Below are positions 28,559 to 38,733 of a stretch of DNA of 64,000 nucleotides, piece by piece. Under the pieces are notes generated by a model. The model had not been told where the DNA came from, made no database searches, and was given only the letters and a program-made list of their open reading frames with translations. Both the position numbers and the translations under genes were made by a program. The stretch lies in the NCBI GenBank assembly GCA_041661385.1, contig JBAZUP010000001.1, forward strand, positions 640,907 through 704,906. Reading direction: 5' to 3'. Position 1 is the first letter of the stretch. Each line of letters starts with the position of its first letter. The stretch comes from Patescibacteria group bacterium. Its GTDB lineage: Bacteria; Patescibacteriota; Patescibacteriia; Magasanikbacterales; GWA2-37-8.

Positions 28559-29593
28559 TTACCAGTCTAATGTACCACCGACTTTGTATTCTGTAACTCT
28601 AGTCTCGAAGAAGTTCTTTTCTTTATTTAAATCAATCGCTTCCGACATCCAGGGGAATGGATTTGGGGTATTATACTGAAGTGGAAGATTAACGCGCGCC
28701 AGTCGTCGGTCGGCAATATATTCGATATATTTTTGAAAACCTTCCGCATTCATACCAAAGATACCTTTTGGAAACACCTCAACCGCGAATTTTACTTCTA
28801 AATCAACTGCTTGTTTTACGAGTTTTATTACTCTTTCTTCAAACTCTTTAGTCCATAGCTCCGGCTGTTCTTCTCTAATGCCGTTAATAATATTAATGCC
28901 AAAATTAAGGTGTTGAGATTCGTCGCGCATTATATATTGGATCTGTTCAGCTGCGCCAATCATTTTATTTTGTCTTTGGAATCCGAACATTACCGCAAAA
29001 GAACTGTAAAAAAAGATTCCTTCTAGAATTAATGAAAAAACAACCATGTTTTCTAGAAACTTCTGATCACTTTCAAAAGTGCCGGTCTTAAAATTCGAAT
29101 CAAAAATTCCTTCATTAAAACTTAAGATGAAAGCATCCTTATTATAAATTGCATCAACCTCACGGTACATGTTAAATATTTCACTTCCATCTAAGCCGAG
29201 GCTTTCTACGATATATTGGTAAGAGTGGGTATGAATCGCTTCTTCGTAGGCTTGGCGAAGTAGATACATTCGACACTCTGGCGAAGTGATATGTCGATAC
29301 ATCGCAAGCACGACATTGTTCGCGGCAATCGAGTCGGCAGTCGTGAAGAACCCTAGAACTGTTTTAAAGGCCTTGCGCTCGTCTTCGGTGAGCGCTGTGG
29401 GTGATTTCCACTGTTCGATATCTTTTTGCATGCTAACCTCGGTAGGGAGCCAGTGGTTGGCATTGCCGGTGTTGTATGCCTCCCATGCAAAGGTGTGTCG
29501 CATTGGGTATAGCTGAATTACATCGGCATTCACGCCATTAATAATTCGGCGTTGGTTGATATCTACTTTTTCTGTGGTTTTTGTAATAGGCAT
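28559..29593 (-). CDS. nrdB: ribonucleotide reductase beta subunit (class Ia, radical Tyr present)
   Basis: EAIHTHSY, EGIFFYSSF, DESQH, NFFETRVTEY. Confidence 0.96.
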   Translation of the reverse strand: MPITKTTEKVDINQRRIINGVNADVIQLYPMRHTFAWEAYNTGNANHWLPTEVSMQKDIEQWKSPTALTEDERKAFKTVLGFFTTADSIAANNVVLAMYRHITSPECRMYLLRQAYEEAIHTHSYQYIVESLGLDGSEIFNMYREVDAIYNKDAFILSFNEGIFDSNFKTGTFESDQKFLENMVVFSLILEGIFFYSSFAVMFGFQRQNKMIGAAEQIQYIMRDESQHLNFGINIINGIREEQPELWTKEFEERVIKLVKQAVDLEVKFAVEVFPKGIFGMNAEGFQKYIEYIADRRLARVNLPLQYNTPNPFPWMSEAIDLNKEKNFFETRVTEYKVGGTLDW

Positions 29594-29598
29594 ATATA

Positions 29599-32448
29599 TT
29601 ATGATTGACAGGATTCACAAGTTGGATCGTCGATGGCGCAGGCTTTGCCAACAACTATTGCGGGAGCGGTGTTTTCAGGAATGGTCATGGTCGGGGCGGT
29701 AGTCGGAAATGAAGAGTTTTGAATTGGTTGTGATACAGGAGTGACAAAAGAAGGGCTAGATTTGCGATTATGAGTCGAACCAAAGTCGGTAGTATTTACA
29801 GTAGACTTCTCGACTTGGGACATGGCCAAAGTCCGAAGATAATAGGTTGTTTTAAGACCCATTTCCCAGGCATAAACATAAATCTCGCTTAGATCTTTTC
29901 CAGAAGTGCCGTTAAAATAAATATTCAGAGATTGGCTTTGGTCAACCCATTTGCCGCGGTAAGCGGCTGACTTGATTAACCAGCGCGGATTTATTTCAAA
30001 AGTTTCTTTGTATTTACGACGGATAGTTTCCGGAATTTCATTTATTTCCGCGACACTGCCGCCGTGGTATTTAATTTTTCCAAGCATTTCAAAATCCCAA
30101 AGATTAAGTTTTTTTAGATCTTCGACCAAATAAGGATTGATGACGATGAAATCTCCGGCCTGGTTGGCTTTGACATAAAGATTTTTATACATTGGTTCAA
30201 TAGTTGGAATACAGCCGACAATGTTCGCGGTTGTAGCGGTCGGGGCAATCGCGAGACAGTTTGAATTTCTCATGCCGTGTTCGCGGACCGACGCTTTTAC
30301 GATGTCCCAGTTTAATTTTCCGCCTCTTTGCACATCAATTTTTTGTCCGCGCTCTTGTTCTAGTAAATCAAGCGTATCGACCGGAAATATTCCCCGGTCC
30401 CACTTTGATCCGCGAAAGGTTTCGTAAGCCCCGCGCTCCGCGGCAAGTTGAGACGAACCGAGAATTGCATAGTATGAAACAACCTCCATGCTGTAATCGG
30501 CAAACTCTACGCACTCATCAGAATCAAAATTTATATTAAGTCCGTACAGGGCATCTTGAAACCCGCGAATGCCGAGACCGACCGGTCGATGGCGCAAGTT
30601 GGAATTTTTGGCGTCTGTTGTCGGGTAATAATTAATATCAATAATATTATCAAGCATTCTCATCGCAGTTGTTACAACTTCTTTTACAAGCGGTTCATTA
30701 AATTTGTTATTACTGACAAATTTTGCAAAATTTAGCGAGCCAAGATTGCAAACGGCGGTTTCGGTTTCGGAGGTGTTGAGGGTTATTTCAGTACAAAGGT
30801 TGGAGTTATGAACAACACCGACATGATCCTGGGGGGAGCGGATATTGGAAGGATCTTTAAATGTAATCCAAGGGTGGCCGGTTTCAAACAACATGGCGAG
30901 CATTTTTTTCCAAAGATCGCGCGCTTGTATTTTTTTGAATAAAGTTATTTTGCCTTCATCAACCATTTTCTCGTAGCGAGCATATCTTTCTTCAAAACGC
31001 TTGCCATAAATATGGTGCAAATCCGGAGTTTCTTCCGGAGAAAACAAAGTCCACGGACCGTCTTCTTTAACGCGTTTCATAAACAAATCCGGAATCCAAT
31101 TCGCTGTATCCATATCATGAGTACGGCGCCTTTCGTCACCGGTATTTTTTCGTAACTCTAAAAAGGCTTCAACATCATAATGCCAGGCCTCTAAATAGAC
31201 GCAGGCGGCGCCGCGGCGGCGGCCGCTGCGATTGATTGCGACTGTTACATCATTCGCAATTTTAAGAAAGGGAATTACTCCTTGTGATTCTACCCCGGTA
31301 CCCTCAATAAATGCGCCAGTACCGCGGATGTTGGTCCAATCGGTGCCAATACCGCCAGACCATTTGGAAAGCTGGGCGTTGTCAGAATAGGTTTTAAAAA
31401 TATTATCAAGCGAGTCAGAAGCTGTGTTTAGGTAGCAAGAAGACAGCTGTGGCTTAAGAGTGCCGGCATGGAAAAGAGTCGGAGTAGACGGAGTGTAATA
31501 AAGCTTAGACATTATTTCGTAAAATTTTATGGTGTGTTCAAGTTTGTTTTTTTCGTTTACCGCCGCACCCATGGCAATACGCATCCAAAATGCCTGAGGA
31601 GTTTCAAGGGTTTGTTTGGTTTCATGGTCGGCGACAAAATATCGATCGGTAAGAGTTTGCAGGCCCATGTAAATAAACAGATCGTCGCGATCGATTACTA
31701 AAGCCCGGCTTAGCGCTTCAAGATCAAAGGCAAGGAGACGTGGATCAAGCCGGCCAATTTCAACGCCCTTTTTGAGGTTGTTAATAAAAGCGCTGCGGTA
31801 TTGTTTGTCGAGTTGATTAAAATCAATATTGTCTGCTCCGATTACTTCTTTATAGTTGGTAAACAATAAAAGACGAGCGGCGATGGTTGCATAGGCCGGA
31901 TCTTGTTCGATCATTGCGCGCACGGTCATAATTAAAGCGCGCTCAACATCCTTGGTTGTTATTCCTTCGTAAAGCTCAGAGCGACACTGGTTAATAATAT
32001 TTCCAGCGTCAACAATCGACTCAAACCCTTTGATCGCAAAACCAAGCGAGCGGCGAAGTTTAGCGTCAGAAAACACTTCGGTTTTTCCGGAACGCTTGGT
32101 GACAGTAAGAGTATGTTTTTCTATTTTTTCAAGAAGAATTTTTTTATTTTCTTCGCGCTCTTTGGCGTGTTCATAACGATAAAGAATGTAAGCTTTCGCG
32201 ACGTCGTAAAATCCTAATTCCATAAGCTCACGTTCTACTAAGTCTTGAACATTTTCCACTGTCGGATTGCCGGAATGAAAAAGTGTTTCGATTTGCGCGA
32301 CCACGCGTTCGGTCAAAGCTTCGAGCTTGTTTTGTTCGTAGCTGCCGCGAACTGCGGTGAAAGCTTTTTGAACGGCCAGAATAATTTTTGCCGAATCAAA
32401 CGCCACGATTGAGCCGTTGCGTTTTTTTATTTTTATTTGTTGGGACAT
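29599..32448 (-). CDS. nrdA: ribonucleotide reductase alpha subunit with tandem ATP cones
   Basis: IKKRNG and VTKRSG cones; QLSSC, SNLCTEI, KTTYYLR, C-terminal CESC. Confidence 0.97.
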   Translation of the reverse strand: MSQQIKIKKRNGSIVAFDSAKIILAVQKAFTAVRGSYEQNKLEALTERVVAQIETLFHSGNPTVENVQDLVERELMELGFYDVAKAYILYRYEHAKEREENKKILLEKIEKHTLTVTKRSGKTEVFSDAKLRRSLGFAIKGFESIVDAGNIINQCRSELYEGITTKDVERALIMTVRAMIEQDPAYATIAARLLLFTNYKEVIGADNIDFNQLDKQYRSAFINNLKKGVEIGRLDPRLLAFDLEALSRALVIDRDDLFIYMGLQTLTDRYFVADHETKQTLETPQAFWMRIAMGAAVNEKNKLEHTIKFYEIMSKLYYTPSTPTLFHAGTLKPQLSSCYLNTASDSLDNIFKTYSDNAQLSKWSGGIGTDWTNIRGTGAFIEGTGVESQGVIPFLKIANDVTVAINRSGRRRGAACVYLEAWHYDVEAFLELRKNTGDERRRTHDMDTANWIPDLFMKRVKEDGPWTLFSPEETPDLHHIYGKRFEERYARYEKMVDEGKITLFKKIQARDLWKKMLAMLFETGHPWITFKDPSNIRSPQDHVGVVHNSNLCTEITLNTSETETAVCNLGSLNFAKFVSNNKFNEPLVKEVVTTAMRMLDNIIDINYYPTTDAKNSNLRHRPVGLGIRGFQDALYGLNINFDSDECVEFADYSMEVVSYYAILGSSQLAAERGAYETFRGSKWDRGIFPVDTLDLLEQERGQKIDVQRGGKLNWDIVKASVREHGMRNSNCLAIAPTATTANIVGCIPTIEPMYKNLYVKANQAGDFIVINPYLVEDLKKLNLWDFEMLGKIKYHGGSVAEINEIPETIRRKYKETFEINPRWLIKSAAYRGKWVDQSQSLNIYFNGTSGKDLSEIYVYAWEMGLKTTYYLRTLAMSQVEKSTVNTTDFGSTHNRKSSPSFVTPVSQPIQNSSFPTTAPTMTIPENTAPAIVVGKACAIDDPTCESCQS

Positions 32449-32600
32449 AGTATTAAATTATTTTTTAGAGATTATAATACTATATCACAGTTTGAATACT
32501 AGCAGTAGTGTTATACCTGTGGATAAACCACTAAATATTATTTATTTTGGCTAAGAATAAGGTGGTAAATAAAAAAACGGCGGTTTGCCGTTTTAATATT

Positions 32601-32725
32601 GTGGACCATGTGGAAGCGAACTCGTACTGCTTTGGCAGTACTCTTTGGAAAACCTTCGGGTTTTCCAATACCTTTCCTCGGCAAGTAGGAAAATTCTTTT
32701 CCTACCACCTTTGGTTCGCTTCCGA
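32601..32725 (-). ncRNA. tRNA-linked structured element, copy 4
   Basis: GGAAGCGAAC...GTTCGCTTCC closing helix; TTGCCGAGGAAAG; TTGGAAAACCCGAAGGTTTTCCAA; ends ACATGGTCCAC. Confidence 0.75.
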
Positions 32726-32735
32726 TTGTTAATTG

Positions 32736-32809
32736 TGGACCATGTCGGAATCGAACCGACGGCCTCCGCGTTGCAAACGCGGCGCTCTAGCCAGCTGAGC
32801 TAATGGCCC
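32736..32809 (-). tRNA. tRNA-Ala(UGC)
   Basis: GGGCCAT acceptor with G3:U70; loop TTTGCAA. Confidence 0.97.
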
Positions 32810-32849
32810 ATATAGGCGATAAATATACTATTTATTCACAAAACAGTCA

Positions 32850-33320
32850 ATGCATGATATAATTCACCTCGATATTAACCATATATTTATGGAACAATCT
32901 GTTTTAACTCAGTTAATTTTCAGCGGCCAAATTCTCCTTTCAATTGGACTTGGTGCGATTCTTGGTTGGCAAAGGGCGCGTTGGGGAAAGTCAGCCGGAC
33001 CACGTACTTATGCCTTAGTAACGGCCGGATCAACGCTTTTTACGCTGCTTTCGAGGTTTGGCTATGATGCTACCATGACCAGTTCCGCAAATATAGCCGG
33101 TCAAATTGTCACCGGTATTGGCTTTCTTGGGGTCGGTCTTATTTTTCACCGCGAGAATCATGTGGATGGTTTAACGACCGCCGCGGGTCTCTGGGCATCG
33201 GCAGCGATTGGTATGTCGGTAGGTCTTTCGTTTTATATTCTCGCAATATTAACGACGACGATATTTTTCTTTGTACTCATGATGGATGAAAAAAAATTAA
33301 GCATTATAAAATCGGAGTAA
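32850..33320 (+). CDS. MgtC/SapB family membrane protein
   Basis: AGPRTYALV, IVTGIGFLG, GLTTAAGLW; start may be the ATG at 32889. Confidence 0.92.
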   Translation: MHDIIHLDINHIFMEQSVLTQLIFSGQILLSIGLGAILGWQRARWGKSAGPRTYALVTAGSTLFTLLSRFGYDATMTSSANIAGQIVTGIGFLGVGLIFHRENHVDGLTTAAGLWASAAIGMSVGLSFYILAILTTTIFFFVLMMDEKKLSIIKSE

Positions 33321-33414
33321 AGAAATAATTTTAAAAGCAAATATAAAACCGACTACTTCAAAGGGTCGGTTTTATAATGACTGTAATTTGAATATTATGA
33401 AAGATCCAAAGAGT

Positions 33415-33912
33415 TTATTTTAAATATATGTTGCCAAGAAAAAAAAGTAAGCCAGCATAAAGAAAATGAAGATGCAGACGCTTCAAAAGATTAAGGCAAT
33501 AAATAATGAACACAAACGGATAGCAAAGCAAAGCGAGCGGATTATGTCGAAGCTTTCTTGAGGCGATAGACGCGAGGGTGCTAGCGTCGCCGTTTGAAGG
33601 AATGGAATGAAGCGCCGAAACAAAACCCAGCCAGGCTAAAATAAAATTTTGCCAAATATAATATGGCGAAGCAATCCTCGCAAACAAAATTAAACTGGCA
33701 AATGAATTAAAAGTTAACGGACCAAAAGATATTAAAACACTTTGAACAAGACTGGACGGCTCGGCATGTTCAACAAAGCCGGCAGTTTTTTTAAAACTAA
33801 AAAGTTTCACCCGAAACACTTTTACACCGGATACCAGGCAAAAAAATAAATGTCCAAGTTCATGAAGAATAACTCCAGGAGCGCCAAGTAGCTTTAAAAT
33901 ATTTTGTCTCAT
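33415..33912 (-). CDS. membrane zinc metalloprotease-like protein (M50B/DUF3267-like)
   Basis: PGVILHELGH, ISFGP, PSNGD. Confidence 0.75.
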   Translation of the reverse strand: MRQNILKLLGAPGVILHELGHLFFCLVSGVKVFRVKLFSFKKTAGFVEHAEPSSLVQSVLISFGPLTFNSFASLILFARIASPYYIWQNFILAWLGFVSALHSIPSNGDASTLASIASRKLRHNPLALLCYPFVFIIYCLNLLKRLHLHFLYAGLLFFLGNIYLK

Positions 33913-35150
33913 GCTGCTTCTTTAACTTTAATAATGTAAGCAGTTAAAATCCAAAACATCATCGCAAGATCGTTTTTAAAATATGGAACATCGACCAAGC
34001 CGTGTACAATAATTACGGTAATAATCCCAAGGCAGGCCGCGGCCGCAACCAGTTGTTTTTTTTGCAAAATATATTGAGAAAAAGCAAGTAAATTAGCCAT
34101 AATAGCAGCGAAACCCAAAAGACCAATAAAGCCGATTTCAGTCCAAAAATTAAGAAAAATATTATGCGGATAAATCAAGCGTTCCATTTTTTCTGAATTA
34201 TAATAAGGCTTTTGAATCTTGCGAAAAAATTGCCTAAGCCCGGTGCCAAAAATATAATTTTTAGGAGAAGCGGTCAGGTAATCAAAGGAATAAGTCCAAA
34301 GAGTAATTCGGTTTTGAAAGGATTGAAATTTTTGATTGGAGACATTAACCATTCGATAAGAAATGATAGAGCTTAAGACCAGGGCAACAACAATTGCCGC
34401 GGCAAAATTTCGTTTGCCTATTATTATAAACATCACAACCAGCGCGAAGATAAGTCCGATTACAGTGCCAAGAGAGCGCGTAAAAACAACCGCCAAGGCG
34501 GAAGCCGTGATTAACCAGAACTCAGGAATTTTGACCAAGAATAAATAATTGTTTAAAAATTTATCTTTTTTATCATAAAGTTGCTTAGTAAGCAAAACCA
34601 TAAGTGGCGCCAAATATAAACCGACCGCATTAGGAGAGGTGAAAAAAGACACCGCCCGACCGCTGTCGTCTAAGCCAAAATCAAATAGTTTTTGAATAAT
34701 TGCGTAAAGGGCAACGCTCGCCGAAGACCAGCAAAGAGCGCGAAGCAAATCGTGGTAAGAAAGGTTATCATCTCGACCGATGAAAATAAAAAATAATATT
34801 ATGGGTTCTAAAAAGTAAGCTCGCCACTGACCAAATGAATACCACCACATGTCGCTGATAAAGATGCTAATAAGAGAAGAGACAAAAAACAACGCCAGTG
34901 AATAGGAAAAAATACGATGTTTTACAAGAAACATCCTAATATTTTTATAATCCGTTAAGGCATAACGAATTAACCAAACAAGCGTCAAAAAACCAAATGC
35001 GACCTCAAGCGCGGTAGAAGGCAGGGGCCCAATATTAATACGAATCAGATAGGTCGGAAGCAAGCAAATAAATATTTGTGCAGCCAGACGAAAGTTTTTA
35101 TAAGCGACAAACCCAAAAACCAAACCCAAAAATATTATTAAAAGTGACAT
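33909..35150 (-). CDS. O-antigen ligase/Wzy_C family membrane protein
   Basis: Multi-TM; RAVSFFTSPN, YPHNIFLN, HGLVDVPY. Confidence 0.85.
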   Translation of the reverse strand: MSLLIIFLGLVFGFVAYKNFRLAAQIFICLLPTYLIRINIGPLPSTALEVAFGFLTLVWLIRYALTDYKNIRMFLVKHRIFSYSLALFFVSSLISIFISDMWWYSFGQWRAYFLEPIILFFIFIGRDDNLSYHDLLRALCWSSASVALYAIIQKLFDFGLDDSGRAVSFFTSPNAVGLYLAPLMVLLTKQLYDKKDKFLNNYLFLVKIPEFWLITASALAVVFTRSLGTVIGLIFALVVMFIIIGKRNFAAAIVVALVLSSIISYRMVNVSNQKFQSFQNRITLWTYSFDYLTASPKNYIFGTGLRQFFRKIQKPYYNSEKMERLIYPHNIFLNFWTEIGFIGLLGFAAIMANLLAFSQYILQKKQLVAAAACLGIITVIIVHGLVDVPYFKNDLAMMFWILTAYIIKVKEAA

Positions 35151-35151
35151 A

Positions 35152-35754
35152 TTATTTTATGTTTGATTTTTTTGATAAAACGTAATAACCGGCAAGTATA
35201 ATGACTATTGCCGCTAAAGAAATTTTTTCATAACGCACAAACAGCTCAAGATAAAACCTCCAGCGGTGACTGACAAAGACGCCAATTGCTACATAAAAAA
35301 TCGCTGAAGCAACATTGCTAAAAATATCAATCGGAATAAAAACGCGCCGACGCATTTTTAATAAACCCGCGGCGAAGGGAAGTAGTGGTCGAAGCGGGCC
35401 GATAAAGCGATGAGCGACGACTCCGGCGACACCATATTTTTTAAAAAAAATTTCGGCACTTTTAAGACGATCCGGCTTTAAATATTTTTCAATAATCTTT
35501 AAAATTCTTTTTCCACCTCTGCCCAGATAAAAACTTAAGACATCTCCAGCAATGCCGCCGAGCGATAGAGTGAGTACGGAGAGCGCAAAGTTTAGTTGGC
35601 CACGTGAAACTAAATATCCAACGAAAACCATTAAAGTTGTGCCGGGAAATGCTAGGCCCACAACAACGAGTGATTCAATGAAGGCAAATAAAACAACCAC
35701 CGCGTAAACAATGGCTGATCCGTGAAGTGATTGAATGATAGCAAGTATATTCAT
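35152..35754 (-). CDS. DedA family protein
   Basis: ESLVVVGLAFPG, GDVLSFYLGR, RFIGPLR. Confidence 0.9.
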   Translation of the reverse strand: MNILAIIQSLHGSAIVYAVVVLFAFIESLVVVGLAFPGTTLMVFVGYLVSRGQLNFALSVLTLSLGGIAGDVLSFYLGRGGKRILKIIEKYLKPDRLKSAEIFFKKYGVAGVVAHRFIGPLRPLLPFAAGLLKMRRRVFIPIDIFSNVASAIFYVAIGVFVSHRWRFYLELFVRYEKISLAAIVIILAGYYVLSKKSNIK

Positions 35755-35906
35755 AATAAATTTGGCTAACCTTAGCCAAAAAACAGTTCAATAAAACTTT
35801 TTATGCTTTCGCTATTATAATATAAAAATCATAAATATTCAATCTGAATATAATACTTTGATAAAAATTGAAGATGTGGTAAAGTAAACTTGTTATCATT
35901 TATACT

Positions 35907-36296
35907 ATGAAACAAACTAGCTTAAAAAAAGTTTTAATTATCGAGGATGATGTATCGCTTTTGAAAGTTCTTTCATCCGGTTTATCTAATCAGGAATTTG
36001 AAGTAATAACCGCGGTAGACGGTGAAGAAGGGCTTGCAGTAGCGCTTAGAGAAAAACCCAATTTAATCTTGCTTGATCTTTTCATGCCAAAAATGGATGG
36101 GATCACAATGTTAAAAAAATTACGCGAGGATGAGTGGGGAAAGAAAGTTAAAGTTATTATTTTAACTAACATTGAAGATCGGGAAAAACTTGCCGCTGCG
36201 GTGGAAAATCGGGTGTACGATTATATGATTAAAACAAATTGGAATATAAGCGATGTCTTAAAGAAAATCAGGATTGAACTTAAATATACAGAATAA
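35907..36296 (+). CDS. single-domain response regulator
   Basis: IIEDD, LLDLFMPKMDG, ILTN, YMIK. Confidence 0.9.
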   Translation: MKQTSLKKVLIIEDDVSLLKVLSSGLSNQEFEVITAVDGEEGLAVALREKPNLILLDLFMPKMDGITMLKKLREDEWGKKVKVIILTNIEDREKLAAAVENRVYDYMIKTNWNISDVLKKIRIELKYTE

Positions 36297-36354
36297 ATAA
36301 ATTTAAATTAAAAAACCAGCCGACAGTTGTGGCTGGTTTTTTTGTAAAACAGAA

Positions 36355-36612
36355 TTATTTAGAAAGTTTCTTTACTTTGGCCATAAGACGGGAAAGCCGG
36401 CGGCTGGCGGTATTTTTCTTAATTACTCCGACCTTGGCGGCTTTATCAAGAGCCTTTTGAGCGGCGATAATTAATTTCTTAGCTTCCTCAGCAGATTTGG
36501 CCTTAATAACGTTTTTTACTGCAGCTTTGTAGGCATCGCGGCGGGCAGCATTTTGTATGGCGTGGGTTTTTGTTTGGCGCAGTGCTTTTTGCGCGCTGTG
36601 TTTATTTGGCAT
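36355..36612 (-). CDS. rpsT: 30S ribosomal protein S20
   Basis: MPNKHSAQKALRQ, LDKAAKVGVIKKNTASRRLSRL. Confidence 0.96.
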   Translation of the reverse strand: MPNKHSAQKALRQTKTHAIQNAARRDAYKAAVKNVIKAKSAEEAKKLIIAAQKALDKAAKVGVIKKNTASRRLSRLMAKVKKLSK

Positions 36613-36725
36613 AATTTGAAAATTTGTTAAAGGTTAGCCGTTTGCAAACGTTAGAGAGCATGTCTGCAATATACTTAAATTTAAATCTTGGCTTATTCTA
36701 TACTAAAAATTGATTTATGTCAAGA

Positions 36726-37040
36726 TTACTGAATATACTTTCGGCCACAAAAGGTTGTTTGTAGGGCAAGTATTAACGACTCAATTTCATTAAGATCGGT
36801 TGTTTTGTTATAACCACTCTCGATTTCGAGCTTTATTTTGTTAAGTTCAGATAAGCCGTTGTTTATTTTTTTACGTAGTTCTTGGTTTGAAGAAAAATGT
36901 TTCCAATCGTATTTATCTAGTAAATGACGCAGTTCTACAAGATTATTTTTATCGAAAACCCCATCAAACAGGCGATCGGCAAACTCTTTGCTTGGTCTGA
37001 TCTTTAGTTCGGGCTGAAATCCTTTTTCAACGTTATTCAT
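36726..37040 (-). CDS. hypothetical protein
   Basis: ORF from MNNVEKG just after the rmuC stop. Confidence 0.55.
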   Translation of the reverse strand: MNNVEKGFQPELKIRPSKEFADRLFDGVFDKNNLVELRHLLDKYDWKHFSSNQELRKKINNGLSELNKIKLEIESGYNKTTDLNEIESLILALQTTFCGRKYIQ

Positions 37041-37044
37041 ATAA

Positions 37045-38127
37045 TTATTCAATATCAATAACCGGACGATCGATTTGAAGGGTTTCAACCGATTTTTCGC
37101 CACCGGTAATTTTTACAACATCTTTGTCAATTTTAACAAACTCCTTGTAAGAGTCGTTAAAAGCATTAACAGTGGTATCAAGGTTTTTACCCATCTTTTT
37201 CATGTAAATTTCGTATGCTAGCAAGTGTTTGCCGAGTTGCTCCACGCCTTTTCTAATCTCCTGGGCGGTTTCCTCGATACGTAAAGCCTTAAGTCCTTGC
37301 AAAACCGTCTGTAAGTAAGCTAAAAACGAGGTTGGGGAAACAATAATAACGTGGTATTTGCCGGCAGCTCTTTGAATTAAGCTTTCCGTGTCGTCTTTTA
37401 AAGCGCCGATTTTATTTATAATAAGATCGTAGTATATTGCCTCGTGCGGAATAAACATAAAGGCAAAATCCATAGTATTTTGGTTGGGCTGGATATATTT
37501 TGATGTCTCAGTAATTCGTTGCTTTAAATCGTTCACAAATATTTTCTCTAGTTTTTCCTTTTCAACAGGATTTCTTTCCTCAATTATGCGATTATAGTTT
37601 TCAAGCGAAAACTTAGAATCTATTGGAATAATTTTATCTTTTACAAAAACCACAGCATCAACGATGGTTCCATCTGCCATTGGGTACTGCATTTGAAAGC
37701 TTCCCGGCGGAAGTACGTTTTTCAATAAAGTTTCTAAATAGTATTCGCCAAGTATGCCGCGTTGCTTAGGGTTTTTTAAAATATCTTGTAATGATTGAAG
37801 CTGGTCGGCAAAGGACATTACTTGCTTGTTCGTTTCATCAAGTTTGGTTAGACGTTCGGTCACATCGGTTATTACTTTCATGCTTTGACCAAATTGTGTT
37901 TGGACGGTTTTGTTTAAATTATTTTGAGTTTCACTCATTGCCTTGTGGGTGTCGGTCATTTTCTGGTCAACAAGCCGGGATAACTCTTGAATTTGCTGCT
38001 GCATAAGGACAAACAAATTACTGTCATTTTTTGGCTCAGCTCCGCCAAACTTACGCATAACAAAAAAAAGTATACCAACTATCGCGAGAAGAAGAAACAG
38101 GGTTATGATTGCAAGTAAATTTTCCAT
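37045..38127 (-). CDS. rmuC: DNA recombination protein RmuC
   Basis: KQRGILGE, PIDSKF, DFAFMFIPHE, IVSPTS. Confidence 0.93.
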   Translation of the reverse strand: MENLLAIITLFLLLAIVGILFFVMRKFGGAEPKNDSNLFVLMQQQIQELSRLVDQKMTDTHKAMSETQNNLNKTVQTQFGQSMKVITDVTERLTKLDETNKQVMSFADQLQSLQDILKNPKQRGILGEYYLETLLKNVLPPGSFQMQYPMADGTIVDAVVFVKDKIIPIDSKFSLENYNRIIEERNPVEKEKLEKIFVNDLKQRITETSKYIQPNQNTMDFAFMFIPHEAIYYDLIINKIGALKDDTESLIQRAAGKYHVIIVSPTSFLAYLQTVLQGLKALRIEETAQEIRKGVEQLGKHLLAYEIYMKKMGKNLDTTVNAFNDSYKEFVKIDKDVVKITGGEKSVETLQIDRPVIDIE

Positions 38128-38260
38128 AAGATAATAGTTTTAGTAAACGCATTGTAACACAGTGTAATGAAAATTTAAAGTATAATTTTTAACAATATTT
38201 CACCAAGCAACAGGGCTTGCCAAAGTGTGTTTATTTGAGTAAAATGTGCAGGCGTGACAT

Positions 38261-38332
38261 GCCCTCGTAGTTCAATGGATAGAACATTCCCGTCCTAAGG
38301 GACAGATGTGCGTTCGATTCGTGCCGGGGGCA
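38261..38332 (+). tRNA. tRNA-Arg(CCU)
   Basis: GCCCTCG acceptor, TGGATAGA D-loop, loop GTCCTAA. Confidence 0.9.
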
Positions 38333-38482
38333 CTAAGTCTCAGTTACGTCCTATATTACTAAATATAGCGCGTCGCTCGCAAAATAGAAACAGGTTTCAT
38401 TTTATTACTCACTAGGGTTATATCGCCAAGATATAGACCCGTCGCTCGGATAAAATGAATAAATTCATTTTGATCCTCACAA

Positions 38483-38553
38483 GGGCCTATAGTACAGCGG
38501 TAGTACGGGGCATTCGCATTGCTCAGACTCGAGTTCGATTCTCGATAGGTCCA
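38483..38553 (+). tRNA. tRNA-Ala(CGC)
   Basis: GGGCCTA/TAGGTCC-A with G3:U70; loop TTCGCAT. Confidence 0.9.
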
Positions 38554-38653
38554 CAAATAGATCAGCCGGTTCAACGGCTGGTTTTTTATTATTGCTATTC
38601 TTCACAACTTCTTTTACCAATTTTGTTCGCGCAAAACATCCATCTCGTTGTCG

Positions 38654-38689
38654 CCCGCCTGCAACGCTATGCGTAGCATTGCGGGCAGG
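38654..38689. repeat. REP-like palindrome
   Basis: GCCTGCAACGCTA-TGCG-TAGCATTGCGGGC imperfect hairpin. Confidence 0.55.
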
Positions 38690-38733
38690 CTCAATCAATT
38701 ATTCATTTACCTTAATTTATATTTCCTTAGCCC

